64,000 nt of DNA from the NCBI GenBank assembly GCA_964016885.1, contig CAXHJY010000738.1, positions 369,322-433,321 on the forward strand. Reading direction: 5' to 3'. Positions 15,301 through 30,660 of this stretch are shown here, in pieces; position 1 is the stretch's first letter; every line of letters starts with the position of its first letter. The position numbers and the translations under genes were made by a program. The notes under the pieces were generated by a model that had not been told where the DNA came from, did no database searches, and saw nothing but the letters and a program-made list of their open reading frames with translations. This stretch comes from Eledone cirrhosa (taxonomy: Eukaryota).

Positions 15301-18300
15301 GTAGATATATTACAGTACACTAGGTATATTACAGTACAGTAGGTATATTACAGTACAGTAGGTATATTACAATACAGTAGGTATATTACAGTACAGTAGG
15401 TATATTACAGTACAGTAGGTATATTACAGTACAGTAGGTATATTACAGTACAGTAGGTATATTACAGTACAGTAGGTATATTACAGTACAGTAGGTATAT
15501 TACACTACAGTAGGTATATTACAGTACAGTAGGTATATTAAAGTACAGTAGATATATTACAGTACAGTAGATATATTACAGTACAGTAGATATATTACAG
15601 TACAGTAGATATATTACAGTACAGTATGTATATTACAGTACAGTAGATATATTACAGTACAGTAGGTATATTACAGTACAGTAGGTATATTACAGTACAG
15701 TAGGTATATTACAGTACAGTAGGTATATTACAGTACAGTAGGTATATTACAGTACAGTAGGTATATTACACTACAGTAGGTATATTACAGTACAGTAGGT
15801 ATATTAAAGTACAGTAGGTATAATACAGTACAGTAGGTATATTACAGTAGAGTAGGTATATTACAGTACAGTAGATATAATACAGTACAGTAGATATATT
15901 ACAGTACAGTAGGTATATTACAGTACAGTAGGTATATTACAGTACAGTAGGTATATTACAGTACAGTAGGTATATTACAGTACAGTAGGTATATTACAGT
16001 ACAGTAGGTATATTACAGTACAGTAGGTATATTATAGTACATTAGATATATTACAGTACAGTAGGTATATTACAGTACAGTAGATATATTACAGTACAGT
16101 AGATATATTACAGTACAGTAGGTATATTACAGTAGGTATATTACAGTACAGTAGGTATATTACAGTACAGTAGGTATGTTACAGTACAGTAGGTATATTA
16201 CAGTACTGTAGGTATATTACAGTACAGTAGGTATATTACAGTACAGTAGGTATATTACAGTACAGTAGATATATTACAGTACAGTAGGTATATTACAGTA
16301 CAGTAGGTATATTACAGTACAGTAGATAGAGTACAGTACAGTAGATATATTACAGTACAGTACAGTAGGTATATTACAGTACTGTAGGTATATTACAGTA
16401 CAGTAGGTATATTACAGTACAGTAGATATATTACAGTACAGTAGATATGTTACAGTACAGTAGGTATATTACAGTACAGTAGATAGATTACAGTACAGTA
16501 GATATATTACAGTACAGTAGATATATTACAGTACAGTAGGTATATTACAGTACAGTAGGTATATTACAGTACAGTAGGTATATTACAGTACTGTAGGTAT
16601 ATTACAGTACAGTAGATATATTACAGTACAGTAGGTATAATACAGTACAGTAGGTATATTACAGTACAGTAGGTATATTACAGTACAGTAGGGATATTAC
16701 AGTACAGTAGTTATAATACAGTACAGTAGGTATATTACAGTACAGTAGGTATATTACAGTACAGTAGGTATATTACAGTACAGTAGGTATATTACAGTAC
16801 ATTAGGTATATTACAGTACAGTAGATATATTACAGTACAGTAGGTATAATACCATACAGTAGGTATATTACAGTACAGTAGGTATATTACAGTACAGTAG
16901 GTATAATACTGTATAGTAGATATATTACAGTACAGTAGGTATATTACAGTACAGTAGGTATATTACAGTACAGTAGGTATATTACAATACAGTAGATATA
17001 TTACAGTACAGTAGATATATTACAGTACAGTAGATATATTACAGTACAGTAGGTATATTACAGTACAGTAGATAGATTACAGTATAGTAGATAGATTACA
17101 GTACAATAGGTATATTACAGTACAGTAGATAGATTACAGTAAGTAAATATATTACAGTACAGTAGGTATATTACAGTACAGTAGGTATATTACAGTACAG
17201 TAGGTATATTACAGTACAGTAGATATATTACAGTACAGTAGGTATATTACAGTACAGTATGTATATTACAGTACAGTAGGTATAATACAGTACAGTAGGT
17301 ATATTACAGTACAGTAGGTATATTACAGTACAGTAGGTATATTATAGTACAGTAGGTATATTACAGTACAGTAGATATATTACAGTACAGTAGGTATATT
17401 ACACTACAGTAGGTATAATACAGTACAGTAGGTATATTACAGTACAGTAGGTATATTACAGTACAGTAGGTATGTTACAGTACATTAGGTATATTACAGT
17501 ACAGTAGGTATATTACAGTACAGTAGGTATATTACAGTACAGTAGGTATATTACAGTACAGTAGATATATTATAGTACAGTAGGTATATTACACTACAGT
17601 AGGTATAATACAGTACAGTAGGTATATTACAGTACAGTAGGTATATTACAGTACAGTAGGTATGTTACAGTACATTAGGTATATTACAGTACAGTAGGTA
17701 TATTACAGTACAGTAGGTATATTACAGTACAGTAGGTATATTACAGTACAGTAGGTATATTACAGTACAGTAGATATATTACAGTACAGTAGGTATATTA
17801 CAGTACAGTAGATATATTACAGTACAGTAGGTATATTACAGTACAGTAGATAGAGTACAGTACAGTAGATATATTACAGTACAGTAGGTATATTACAGTA
17901 CAGTAGGTATAATACAGTACAGTAGGTATATTACAGTACAGTAGGTATATTACAGTACAGTAGGTATATTACAGTACAGTAGGTATATTACAGTACAGTA
18001 GGTATATTACAGTACAGTAGATATATTGCAGTACAGTAGGTATATTACAGTACAGTAGGGATAATACAGTACAGTAGATATGTTACAGTACAGTAGGTAT
18101 ATTACAGTACAGTAGGTATATTACAGTACAGTAGGTATATTACAGTACAGTAGACATATTACAGTACAGTATGTATATTACAGTACAGTATGTATATTAC
18201 AGTACAGTAGGTATATTACAGTACAGTAGGTATATTACAGTACAGTAGGTATATTACAGTACAGTAGGTATATTACAGTACAGTAGATATATTACAGTAC

Positions 18301-21300
18301 AGTAGGTATATTAGAGTACAGTAGGTATATTAGAGTACAGTAGGTATATTAGAGTACAGTAGGTATATTACAGTACAGTAGGTATATTACAGTACAGTAG
18401 GTATATTACAGTACAGTAGGTATTATACAGTACAGTAGGTATATTACAGTACAGTAGGTATATTACAGTACAGTAGGTATATTACAGTACAGTAGGTATA
18501 TTACAGTACAGTATATATATTACAGTACACTAGGTATATTACAGTACAGTAGGTATATTACAGTACAGTAGGTATATTACAGTAGGTATATTACAGTACA
18601 TTAGGTATATTACAGTACAGTAGGTATAATACAGTACAGTAGATATATTACAGTACAGTAGGTATATTACAGTACAGTAGGTATATTACAGTACAGTAGA
18701 TATATTACAGTACAGTAGGTATAATACCATACAGTAGGTATATTACAGTACAGTAGGTATATTACAGTACAGTAGGTATAATACAGTACAGTAGATATAT
18801 TACAGTACAGTAGGTATATTACACTAAATTAGGTATATTACAGTACAGTAGGTATATTAATGTACAGTAGGTATAATACAGTACAGTAGGTATATTACAG
18901 TACAGTAGGTATATTACAGTACAGTAGGTATATTACAGTACAGTAGGTATATTACAGTACAGTAGGTATATTACACTACAGTAGGTATATTACAGTACAG
19001 TAGGTATATTAAAGTACAGTAGGTATAATACACTACAGTAGGTATATTACAGTAGAGTAGGTATATTACAGTACAGTAGATATAATACAGTACAGTAGAT
19101 ATATTACAGTACAGTAGCTATATTACAGTACAGTAGGTATATTACATTACAGTAGGTATATTACAGTACAGTAGGTATATTACAGTACAGTAGGTATATT
19201 ACAGTACAGTAGATATATTACAGTACATTAGGTATATTACAGTACAGTAGGTATATTATAGTACAGTAGATATATTACAGTACAGTAGGTATATTACAGT
19301 ACAGTAGATATATTACAGTACAGTAGATATATTACAGTACAGTAGGTATATTACAGTAGGTATATTACAGTACATTAGGTATATTACAGTACAGTAGGTA
19401 TAATACAGTACAGTAGATATATTACAGTACAGTAGGTATATTACACTACAGTAGGTATATTACAGTACAGTAGATATATTACAGTACAGTAGGTATAATA
19501 CAGTAAACTAGGTATATTACAGTACAGTAGGTATATTACAGTACAGTAGGTATGTTACAGTACAGTAGGTATATTACAGTACAGTAGGTATATTACAGTA
19601 CAGTAGGTATATTACAGTACAGTAGGTATATTACAGTACAGTAGATATATTACAGTACAGTAGGTATATTACAGTACAGTAGGTATATTACAGTACAGTA
19701 GATAGAGTACAGTACAGTAGATATATTACAGTACAGTAGGTATATTACAGTACAGTAGGTATATTACAGTACTGTAGGTATATTACAGTACAGTAGGTAT
19801 ATTACAGTACAGTAGGTATATTACAGTACAGTAGATATATTACAGTACAGTAGGTGTATTACAGTACAGTAGATAGATTACAGTACAGTAGATATATTAC
19901 AGTACAGTAGATATATTACAGTACAGTAGGTATATTACAGTACAGTAGGTATATTACAGTACAGTAGGTATATTACAGTACAGTAGGTATATTACAGTAC
20001 AGTAGATATATTACAGTACAGTAGATATATTACAGGACAGTAGATATATTACAGTACAGTAGGTATAATACAGTACAGTAGGTATATTACAGTACAGTAG
20101 GTATATTACAGTACATTTGGTATATTACAGTACAGTAGGTATATTACAGTACAGTAGGTATATTACAGTACAGTAGGTATATTACAGTACAGTAGGTATA
20201 TTACAGTACAGTAGATATATTACAGTACAGTAGGTATATTACAGTACAGTAGGTATATTACAGTACAGTAGATATATTACAGTACAGTATGTATATTACA
20301 GTAGGTACATTACAGTACAGTAGGTATATTACAGTACAATAGGTATATTACAGTATGTATAATACAGTACAGTAGATATATTACAGGACAGTAGATATAT
20401 TACAGTACAGTAGGTATAATACAGTACAGTAGATAGATTACAGTACAGTAGATATATTACAGTACAGTAGATATATTACAGTACAGTAGGTATATTACAG
20501 TACAGTAGGTATATTACAGTACAGTAGGTATATTACAGTACAGTAGGTATATTACAGTACAGTAGATATATTACAGTACAGTAGATATATTACAGGACAG
20601 TAGATATATTACAGTACAGTAGGTATAATACAGTACAGTAGGTATATTACAGTACAGTAGGTATATTACAATACAGTAGGTATATTACAGTACAGTAGGT
20701 ATATTACAGTACAGTAGGTATATTACAGTACACTAGGTATATTACAGTACTGTAGATATATTACAGTACAGTAGGTATATTACAGTACAGTAGATATATT
20801 ACAGTACAGTAGATATATTACAGTACAGTAGGTATATTACAGTACAGTAGGTATATTACTGTACAGTAGATTTATTACAGTACAGTAGATATATTACAGT
20901 ACAGTAGATATATTACAGTACAGTAGATATATTACAGTACAGTATGTATATTACAGTACAGTAGATATATTAAAGTACAGTAGGTATATTACAGTACAGT
21001 AGGTATATTACACTACTGTAGGTATATTACAGTACAGTAGATATATTACAGTACAGTAGGTATATTACAGTACAGTAGGTATATTACAGTACAGTAGATA
21101 TATTACAGTACAGTAGGTATATTACAGTACAGTAGGTATATTACAGTACAGTATGTATATTACAGTACAGTAGGTATATTACAGTACAGTAGGTATATTA
21201 CAGTAAAGTAGATATACTACATTACAGTAGGTATATTACAGTACAGTAGGTATATTACAGTACAGTAGATATATTACAGTACAGTAGATATATTACAGGA

Positions 21301-24300
21301 CAGTAGATATATTACAGTACAGTAGATATATTACAGTACAGTAGGTATATTACAGTACAGTAGGTATATTACAGTACAGTAGATATATTACAGTACAGTA
21401 GATATATTACAGGACAGTAGGTATATTACAGTACAGTAGGTATATTACAGTACAGTAGGTATATTACAGTACAGTAGGTATATTACAGTACAGTAGATAT
21501 ATTACAGTACAGTAGGTATATTACAGTACAGTAGGTATATTACAGTACAGTAGATATATTACAGTACAGTAGGTATATTACAGTACAGTAGGTATATTAG
21601 AGTACAGTATGTATATTACAGTACAGTAGGTATATTACAGTACAGTAGGTATATTACAGTACAGTAGATATACTACAGTACAGTAGGTATATTACAGTAC
21701 AGTAGGTATATTACAGTACAGTAGATATATTACAGTACAGTAGATATATTACAGGACAGTAGGTATATTACAGTACAGTAGATATATTACAGTACAGTAG
21801 GTATATTACAGTACAGTAGGTATATTACAGTACAGTAGATATATTACAGTACAGTAGATATATTACAGGACAGTAGGTATATTACAGTACAGTAGATATA
21901 TTACAATACAGTAGATATATTACAGTACAGTAGATATATTACAGTACAGTAGGTATATTACAGTTCAGTAGGTATATTACAGTACAGTAGATATATTACA
22001 GTACAGTAGATATATTACAGTACAGTAGATATATTAGAGTACAGTAGGTATATTACAGTACAGTAGATATATTACAGTACAGTATGTATATTACAGTACA
22101 GTAGGTATATTACAGTACAGTAGATATATTACTGTACAGTAGATATATTACAGTACAGTAGGTATAATACAGTACAGTAGGTATATTACAGTACAGTAGG
22201 TATATTACAGTACATTTGGTATATTACAGTACAGTAGGTATATTACAGTACAGTAGGTATATTACAGTACAGTAGGTATGTTACAGTACAGTAGGTATAT
22301 TACAGTACAGAAGGTATATTACAGTACAGTAGGTATATTACAGTACAGTAGATATATTACAGTACAGTAGGTATATTACAGTACAGTAGATATATTACAG
22401 TACAGTAGGTATATTACAGTACAGTAGGTATATTACACTACTGTAGGTATATTACAGTACAGTAGATATATTACAGTACAGTAGGTATATTACAGTACAG
22501 TAGGTATATTACAGTACAGTATGTATATTACAGTACAGTAGGTATATTACAGTACAGTAGGTATATTACAGTAAAGTAGATATACTACATTACAGTAGGT
22601 ATATTACAGTACAGTAGGTATATTACAGTACAGTAGATATATTACAGTACAGTAGATATATTACAGGACAGTAGATATATTACAGTACAGTAGATATATT
22701 ACAGTACAGTAGGTATATTACAGTACAGTAGGTATATTACAGTACAGTAGATATATTACAGTACAGTAGATATATTACAGGACAGTAGGTATATTACAGT
22801 ACAGTAGATATATTACAGTACAGTAGGTATATTACAGTACAGTAGGTATATTACAGTACAGTAGGTATATTACAGTACAGTAGATATATTACAGTACAGT
22901 AGGTATATTACAGTACAGTAGGTATATTACAGTACAGTAGATATATTACAGTACAGTAGGTATATTACAGTACAGTAGATATATTACAGTACAGTAGATA
23001 TATTACAGTACACTAGGTATATTACAGTAGAGTAGGTATATTACAGTACAGTAGGTATATTACAATACAGTAGGTATATTACAGTAAAGTAGGTATATTA
23101 CAGTACAGTAGGTATATTACAGTACACTAGGTATATTACAGTACTGTAGATATATTACAGTACAGTAGGTATATTACAGTACAGTAGATATATTACAGTA
23201 CAGTAGATATATTACAGTACAGTAGGTATATTACAGTACAGTAGGTATATTACTGTACAGTAGATTTATTACAGTACAGTAGATATATTACAGTACAGTA
23301 GATATATTACAGTACAGTAGATATATTACAGTACAGTATGTATATTACAGTACAGTAGATATATTAAAGTACAGTAGGTATATTACAGTACAGTAGGTAT
23401 ATTACACTACTGTAGGTATATTACAGTACAGTAGATATATTACAGTACAGTAGGTATATTACAGTACAGTAGGTATATTACAGTACAGTAGATATATTAC
23501 AGTACAGTAGGTATATTACAGTACAGTAGGTATATTACAGTACAGTATGTATATTACAGTACAGTAGGTATATTACAGTACAGTAGGTATATTACAGTAA
23601 AGTAGATATACTACATTACAGTAGGTATATTACAGTACAGTAGGTATATTACAGTACAGTAGATATATTACAGTACAGTAGATATATTACAGGACAGTAG
23701 ATATATTACAGTACAGTAGATATATTACAGTACAGTAGGTATATTACAGTACAGTAGGTATATTACAGTACAGTAGATATATTACAGTACAGTAGATATA
23801 TTACAGGACAGTAGGTATATTACAGTACAGTAGATATATTACAGTACAGTAGGTATATTACAGTACAGTAGGTATATTACAGTACAGTAGGTATATTACA
23901 ATACAGTAGATATATTACAGTACAGTAGGTATATTACAGTACAGTAGGTATATTACAGTACAGTAGATATATTACAGTACAGTAGGTATATTACAGTACA
24001 GTAGGTATATTAGAGTACAGTATGTATATTACAGTACAGTAGGTATATTACAGTACAGTAGGTATATTACAGTACAGTAGATATACTACAGTACAGTAGG
24101 TATATTACAGTACAGTAGGTATATTACAGTACAGTAGATATATTACAGTACAGTAGATATATTACAGGACAGTAGGTATATTACAGTACAGTAGATATAT
24201 TACAGTACAGTAGGTATATTACAGTACAGTAGGTATATTACAGTACAGTAGATATATTACAGTACAGTAGATATATTACAGGACAGTAGGTATATTACAG

Positions 24301-25180
24301 TACAGTAGATATATTACAATACAGTAGATATATTACAGTACAGTAGATATATTACAGTACAGTAGGTATATTACAGTTCAGTAGGTATATTACAGTACAG
24401 TAGATATATTACAGTACAGTAGATATATTACAGTACAGTAGATATATTAGAGTACAGTAGGTATATTACAGTACAGTAGATATATTACAGTACAGTATGT
24501 ATATTACAGTACAGTAGGTATATTACAGTACAGTAGATATATTACAGTACAGTAGATATATTACAGTACAGTAGGTATAATACAGTACAGTAGGTATATT
24601 ACAGTACAGTAGGTATATTACAGTACATTTGGTATATTACAGTACAGTAGGTATATTACAGTACAGTAGGTATATTACAGTACAGTAGGTATGTTACAGT
24701 ACAGTAGGTATATTACAGTACAGAAGGTATATTACAGTACAGTAGGTATATTACAGTACAGTAGATATATTACAGTACAGTAGGTATATTACAGTACAGT
24801 AGATATATTACAGTACAGTAGGTATATTACAGTACAGTATGTATATTACAGTAGGTACATTACAGTACAGTAGGTATATTACAGTACAATAGGTATATTA
24901 CAGTAGGTATAATACAGTACAGTAGATATATTACAGTACAGTAGATATATTACAGTACAGTAGGTATATTACAGTACAGTAGGTATATTACAGTACAGTA
25001 GATATATTACAGTACAGTAGGTATATTACAGTACAGTAGATATATTACAGTACAGTAGATATATTACAGTACACTAGGTATATTACAGTACAGTAGGTAT
25101 ATTACAGTACAGTAGGTATATTACAATACAGTAGGTATATTACAGTACAGTAGGTATATTACAGTACAGTAGGTATATTA
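5870..25180. repeat. Large near-tandem duplication: ~5870-15425 vs ~15680-25180 (offset 9811, later 9754)
   Basis: Offset 9811: tattaaagt 5991/15802; 24-bp unit 6541/16352; agtaaatat 7331/17142; attatacag 8611/18422; cactaaatt 9011/18822; aggtgtatt 10041/19852; agttcag 12151/21962. Offset 9754: ctacatta 12831/22585; tttatt 13511/23265; gtacatt 15101/24855. Confidence 0.93.
10850..15060. repeat. Nested ~2.45 kb-period duplication (129-130 monomers) inside the 9.8 kb block, also present in its second copy
   Basis: gatttattacag, measured at ttatt: 11061/13512 (2451); agttcag 12151/14621 (2470). The taaagtagatatactacatt, acatttgg and cagaagg markers occur in the same order in both. Confidence 0.85.
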
Positions 25181-28100
25181 CAGTACACTAGGTATATTAC
25201 AGTACTGTAGATATATTACAGTACAGTAGGTATATTACAGTACAGTAGATATATTACAGTACAGTAGATATATTACAGTACAGTAGGTATATTACAGTAC
25301 AGTAGGTATATTACTGTACAGTAGATATATTACAGTACAGTAGATATATTACAGTACAGTAGATATATTACAGTACAGTAGATATATTACAGTACAGTAT
25401 GTATATTACAGTACAGTAGATATATTACAGTACAGTAGGTATATTACAGTACAGTAGGTATATTACAGTACAGTAGGTATATTACAGTACAGTAGATATA
25501 TTACAGTACAGTAGGTATATTACAGTACACTAGGTATATTACAGTACTGTAGATATATTACAGTACAGTAGGTATATTACAGTACAGTAGATATATTACA
25601 GTACAGTAGATATATTACAGTACAGTAGGTATATTACAGTACAGTATGTATATTACAGTACAGTAGGTATATTACAGTACAGTAGGTATATTACAGTACA
25701 GTAGGTATATTACAGTACAGTAGATATATTACAGTACAGTAGATATATTACAGGACAGTAGATATATTACAGTACAGTAGATATATTACAGTACATTAGG
25801 TATATTACAGTACAGTAGGTATATTACAGTACAGTAGATATATTACAGTACAGTAGATATATTACAGGACAGTAGGTATATTACAGTACAGTAGATATAT
25901 TACAATACAGTAGATATATTACAGTACAGTAGATATATTACAGTACAGTAGGTATATTACAGTTCAGTAGATATATTACAGTACTGTAGGTTTATTACTG
26001 TACAGTAGATATATTACAGTACAGTAGGTATATTACAGTACATTAGGTATAATACAGTACAGTAGATATATAACAGTACAGTAGATATATAACAGTACAG
26101 TAGGTATATTACAGTACAGTAGGTATATTACAGTACAGTTAGGTATATTACAGTACACTAGGTATATTACAGTACAGTAGATATATTACAGTACAGTAGG
26201 TTTATTACAGTACAGTAGGTATATTACAGTACAGTAGATATATTACAGTACAGTAGGTATATTACAGTACAGTAGATATATTACAGTACAGTAGGTATAT
26301 TACAGTACAGTAGGTATATTACAGTACAGTAGATATATTACAGAACAGTAGATATGTTACAGTACAGTAGGTATATTACAGTACAGTAGATATAATACAT
26401 TAATGTAGATATATTACAGTACAGTAGGTATATTACAGTACAGTAGATATATTACAGTACAGTAAGTATATTACAGTACAGTAGGTATATTACAGTACAG
26501 TAGATATATTACAGTACAGTAGATATATTACAGGACAGTAGGTATATTACAGTACATTAGGTATATTACAATACAGTAGATATATTACAGTACAGTATAT
26601 ATATTACAGTACAGTAGGTATATTACAGTTCAGTAGGTATATTACAGTACATTAGATATATTACAGTACAGTAGATATATTACAGTACAGTAGATATATT
26701 ACAGTACAGTAGATATATTACAGTACAGTAGGTATATTACAGTACACTAGGTATATTACAGTACAGTATGTATATTACAGTACAGTAGATATATTACAGT
26801 ACAGTAGGTATATTACAGTACAGTAGGTATATTACAGTACAGTAGGTATATTACAGTACAGTAGGTATATTACAGTACAGTAGGTATATTACAGTACAGT
26901 AGGTATATTACAGTACAGTATGTATATTACAGTAGGTACATTACAGTACAGTAGGTATATTACAGTACAATAGGTATATTACAGTAGGTATAATACAGTA
27001 CAGTAGATATATTACAGTACAGTAGATATATTACAGTACAGTAGGTATATTACAGTACAGTAGGTATATTACAGTACAGTAGATATATTACAGTACAGTA
27101 GGTATATTACAGTACAGTAGATATATTACAGTACAGTAGATATATTACAGTACACTAGGTATATTACAGTACAGTAGGTATATTACAGTACAGTAGGTAT
27201 ATTACAATACAGTAGGTATATTACAGTACAGTAGGTATATTACAGTACAGTAGGTATATTACAGTAGACTAGGTATATTACAGTACTGTAGATATATTAC
27301 AGTACAGTAGGTATATTACAGTACAGTAGATATATTACAGTACAGTAGATATATTACAGTACAGTAGGTATATTACAGTACAGTAGGTATATTACTGTAC
27401 AGTAGATATATTACAGTACAGTAGATATATTACAGTACAGTAGATATATTACAGTACAGTAGATATATTACAGTACAGTATGTATATTACAGTACAGTAG
27501 ATATATTACAGTACAGTAGGTATATTACAGTACAGTAGGTATATTACAGTACAGTAGGTATATTACAGTACAGTAGATATATTACAGTACAGTAGGTATA
27601 TTACAGTACAGTAGGTATATTACAGTACAGTAGATATATTACAGTACAGTAGGTATATTACAGTACAGTAGGTATATTACAGTACAGTAGGTATATTACA
27701 GTACAGTAGGTATATTACAGTACAGTAGATATACTACAGTACAGTAGGTATATTACAGTACAGTAGGTATATTACAGTACAGTAGATATATTACAGTACA
27801 GTAGATATATTACAGGACAGTAGGTATATTACAGTACAGTAGATATATTACAGTACAGTAGGTATATTACAGTACAGTAGGTATATTACAGTACAGTAGA
27901 TATATTACAGTGCAGTAGATATATTACAGGACAGTAGGTATATTACAGTACAGTAGATATATTACAATACAGTAGATATATTACAGTACAGTAGATATAT
28001 TACAGTACAGTAGGTATATTACAGTTCAGTAGGTATATTACAGTACAGTAGATATATTACAGTACAGTAGATATATTACAGTACAGTAGATATATTACAG

Positions 28101-28489
28101 TACAGTAGGTATATTACAGTACAGTATATATATTACAGTACAGTATGTATATTACAGTACAGTAGGGATATTACAGTACAGTAGATATATTACAGTACAG
28201 TAGATATATTAAAGTACAGTAGGTATAATACAGTACAGTAGGTATATTACAGTACAGTAGTTATATTACAGTACATTTGGTATATTACAGTACAGTAGTT
28301 ATATTACAGTACAGTAGGTATATTACAGTACAGTAGGTATATTACAGTACAGTAGGTATATTACAGTACAGTAGGTATATTACAGTACAGTAGATATATT
28401 ACAGTACAGTAGGTATATTACAGTACAGTAGATATATTACAGTACAGTATGTATATTACAGTAGGTACATTACAGTACAGTAGGTATAT

Positions 28490-30660
28490 TACAGTACAAT
28501 AGGTATATTACAGTACAGTAGGTATATTACAGTACAGTAGGTATATTACAGTACAGTAGGTATATTACAGTACAGTAGGTATATTACAGTACAGTAGGTA
28601 TATTACAGTAGACTAGGTATATTACAGTACTGTAGATATATTACAGTACAGTAGGTATATTACAGTACAGTAGATATATTACAGTACAGTAGATATATTA
28701 CAGTACAGTAGATATATTACAGTACAGTAGGTATATTACAGTACAGTAGGTATATTACAGTACAGTAGGTATATTACAATACAGTAGGTATATTACAGTA
28801 CAGTAGGTATATTACAGTACAGAAGGTATATTACAGTACACTAGGTATATTACAGTACTGTAGATATATTACAGTACAGTAGGTATATTACAGTACAGTA
28901 GATATATTACAGTACAGTAGATATATTACAGTACAGTAGGTATATTACAGTACAGTAGGTATATTACTGTACAGTAGATATATTACAGTACAGTAGATAT
29001 ATTACAGTACAGTAGATATATTACAGTACAGTAGATATATTACAGTACAGTATGTATATTACAGTACAGTAGATATATTACAGTACAGTAGGTATATTAC
29101 AGTACAGTAGGTATATTACAGTACAGTAGGTATATTACAGTACAGTAGATATATTACAGTACAGTAGGTATATTACAGTACAGTAGGTATATTACAGTAC
29201 AGTAGATATATTACATTACAGTAGGTATATTACAGTACAGTAGGTATATTACAGTACAGTAGGTATATTACAGTACAGTAGGTATATTACTGTACAGTAG
29301 ATATATTACAGTACAGTAGATATATTACAGTACAGTAGATATATTACAGTACAGTAGATATATTACAGTACAGTATGTATATTACAGTACAGTAGATATA
29401 TTACAGTACAGTAGGTATATTACAGTACAGTAGATATATTACAGTACAGTAGGTATATTACAGTACAGTAGATATATTACAGTACAGTAGGTATATTACA
29501 GTACAGTAGGTATATTACAGTACAGTAGATATATTACAGTACAGTAGGTATATTACAGTACAGTAGGTATATTACAGTACAATAGGTATATTACAGTACA
29601 GTAGGTATATTACAGTACAGTAGGTATATTACAGTACAGTAGGTATATTACAGTACAGTAGGTATATTACAGTACAGTAGGTATATTACAGTAGACTAGG
29701 TATATTACAGTACTGTAGATATATTACAGTACAGTAGGTATATTACAGTACAGTAGATATATTACAGTACAGTAGATATATTACAGTACAGTAGATATAT
29801 TACAGTACAGTAGGTATATTACAGTACAGTAGGTATATTACAGTACAGTAGGTATATTACAATACAGTAGGTATATTACAGTACAGTAGGTATATTACAG
29901 TACAGAAGGTATATTACAGTACACTAGGTATATTACAGTACTGTAGATATATTACAGTACAGTAGGTATATTACAGTACAGTAGATATATTACAGTACAG
30001 TAGATATATTACAGTACAGTAGGTATATTACAGTACAGTAGGTATATTACTGTACAGTAGATATATTACAGTACAGTAGATATATTACAGTACAGTAGAT
30101 ATATTACAGTACAGTAGATATATTACAGTACAGTATGTATATTACAGTACAGTAGATATATTACAGTACAGTAGCTATATTACAGTACAGTAGGTATATT
30201 ACAGTACAGTAGGTATATTACAGTACAGTAGATATATTACAGTACAGTAGGTATATTACAGTACAGTAGGTATATTACAGTACAGTAGATATATTACATT
30301 ACAGTAGGTATATTACAGTACAGTAGGTATATTACAGTACAGTAGGTATATTACAGTACAGTAGGTATATTACTGTACAGTAGATATATTACAGTACAGT
30401 AGATATATTACAGTACAGTAGATATATTACAGTACAGTAGATATATTACAGTACAGTATGTATATTACAGTACAGTAGATATATTACAGTACAGTAGGTA
30501 TATTACAGTACAGTAGATATATTACAGTACAGTAGGTATATTACAGTACAGTAGATATATTACAGTACAGTAGGTATATTACAGTACAGTAGGTATATTA
30601 CAGTACAGTAGATATATTACAGTACAGTAGGTATATTACAGTACAGTAGGTATATTACAG
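28490..30660. repeat. Tandem duplication with 1083-bp period (57 monomers)
   Basis: Marker pairs: gactagg 28611/29694; agaagg 28821/29904; ttacatt 29211/30294. Confidence 0.88.
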
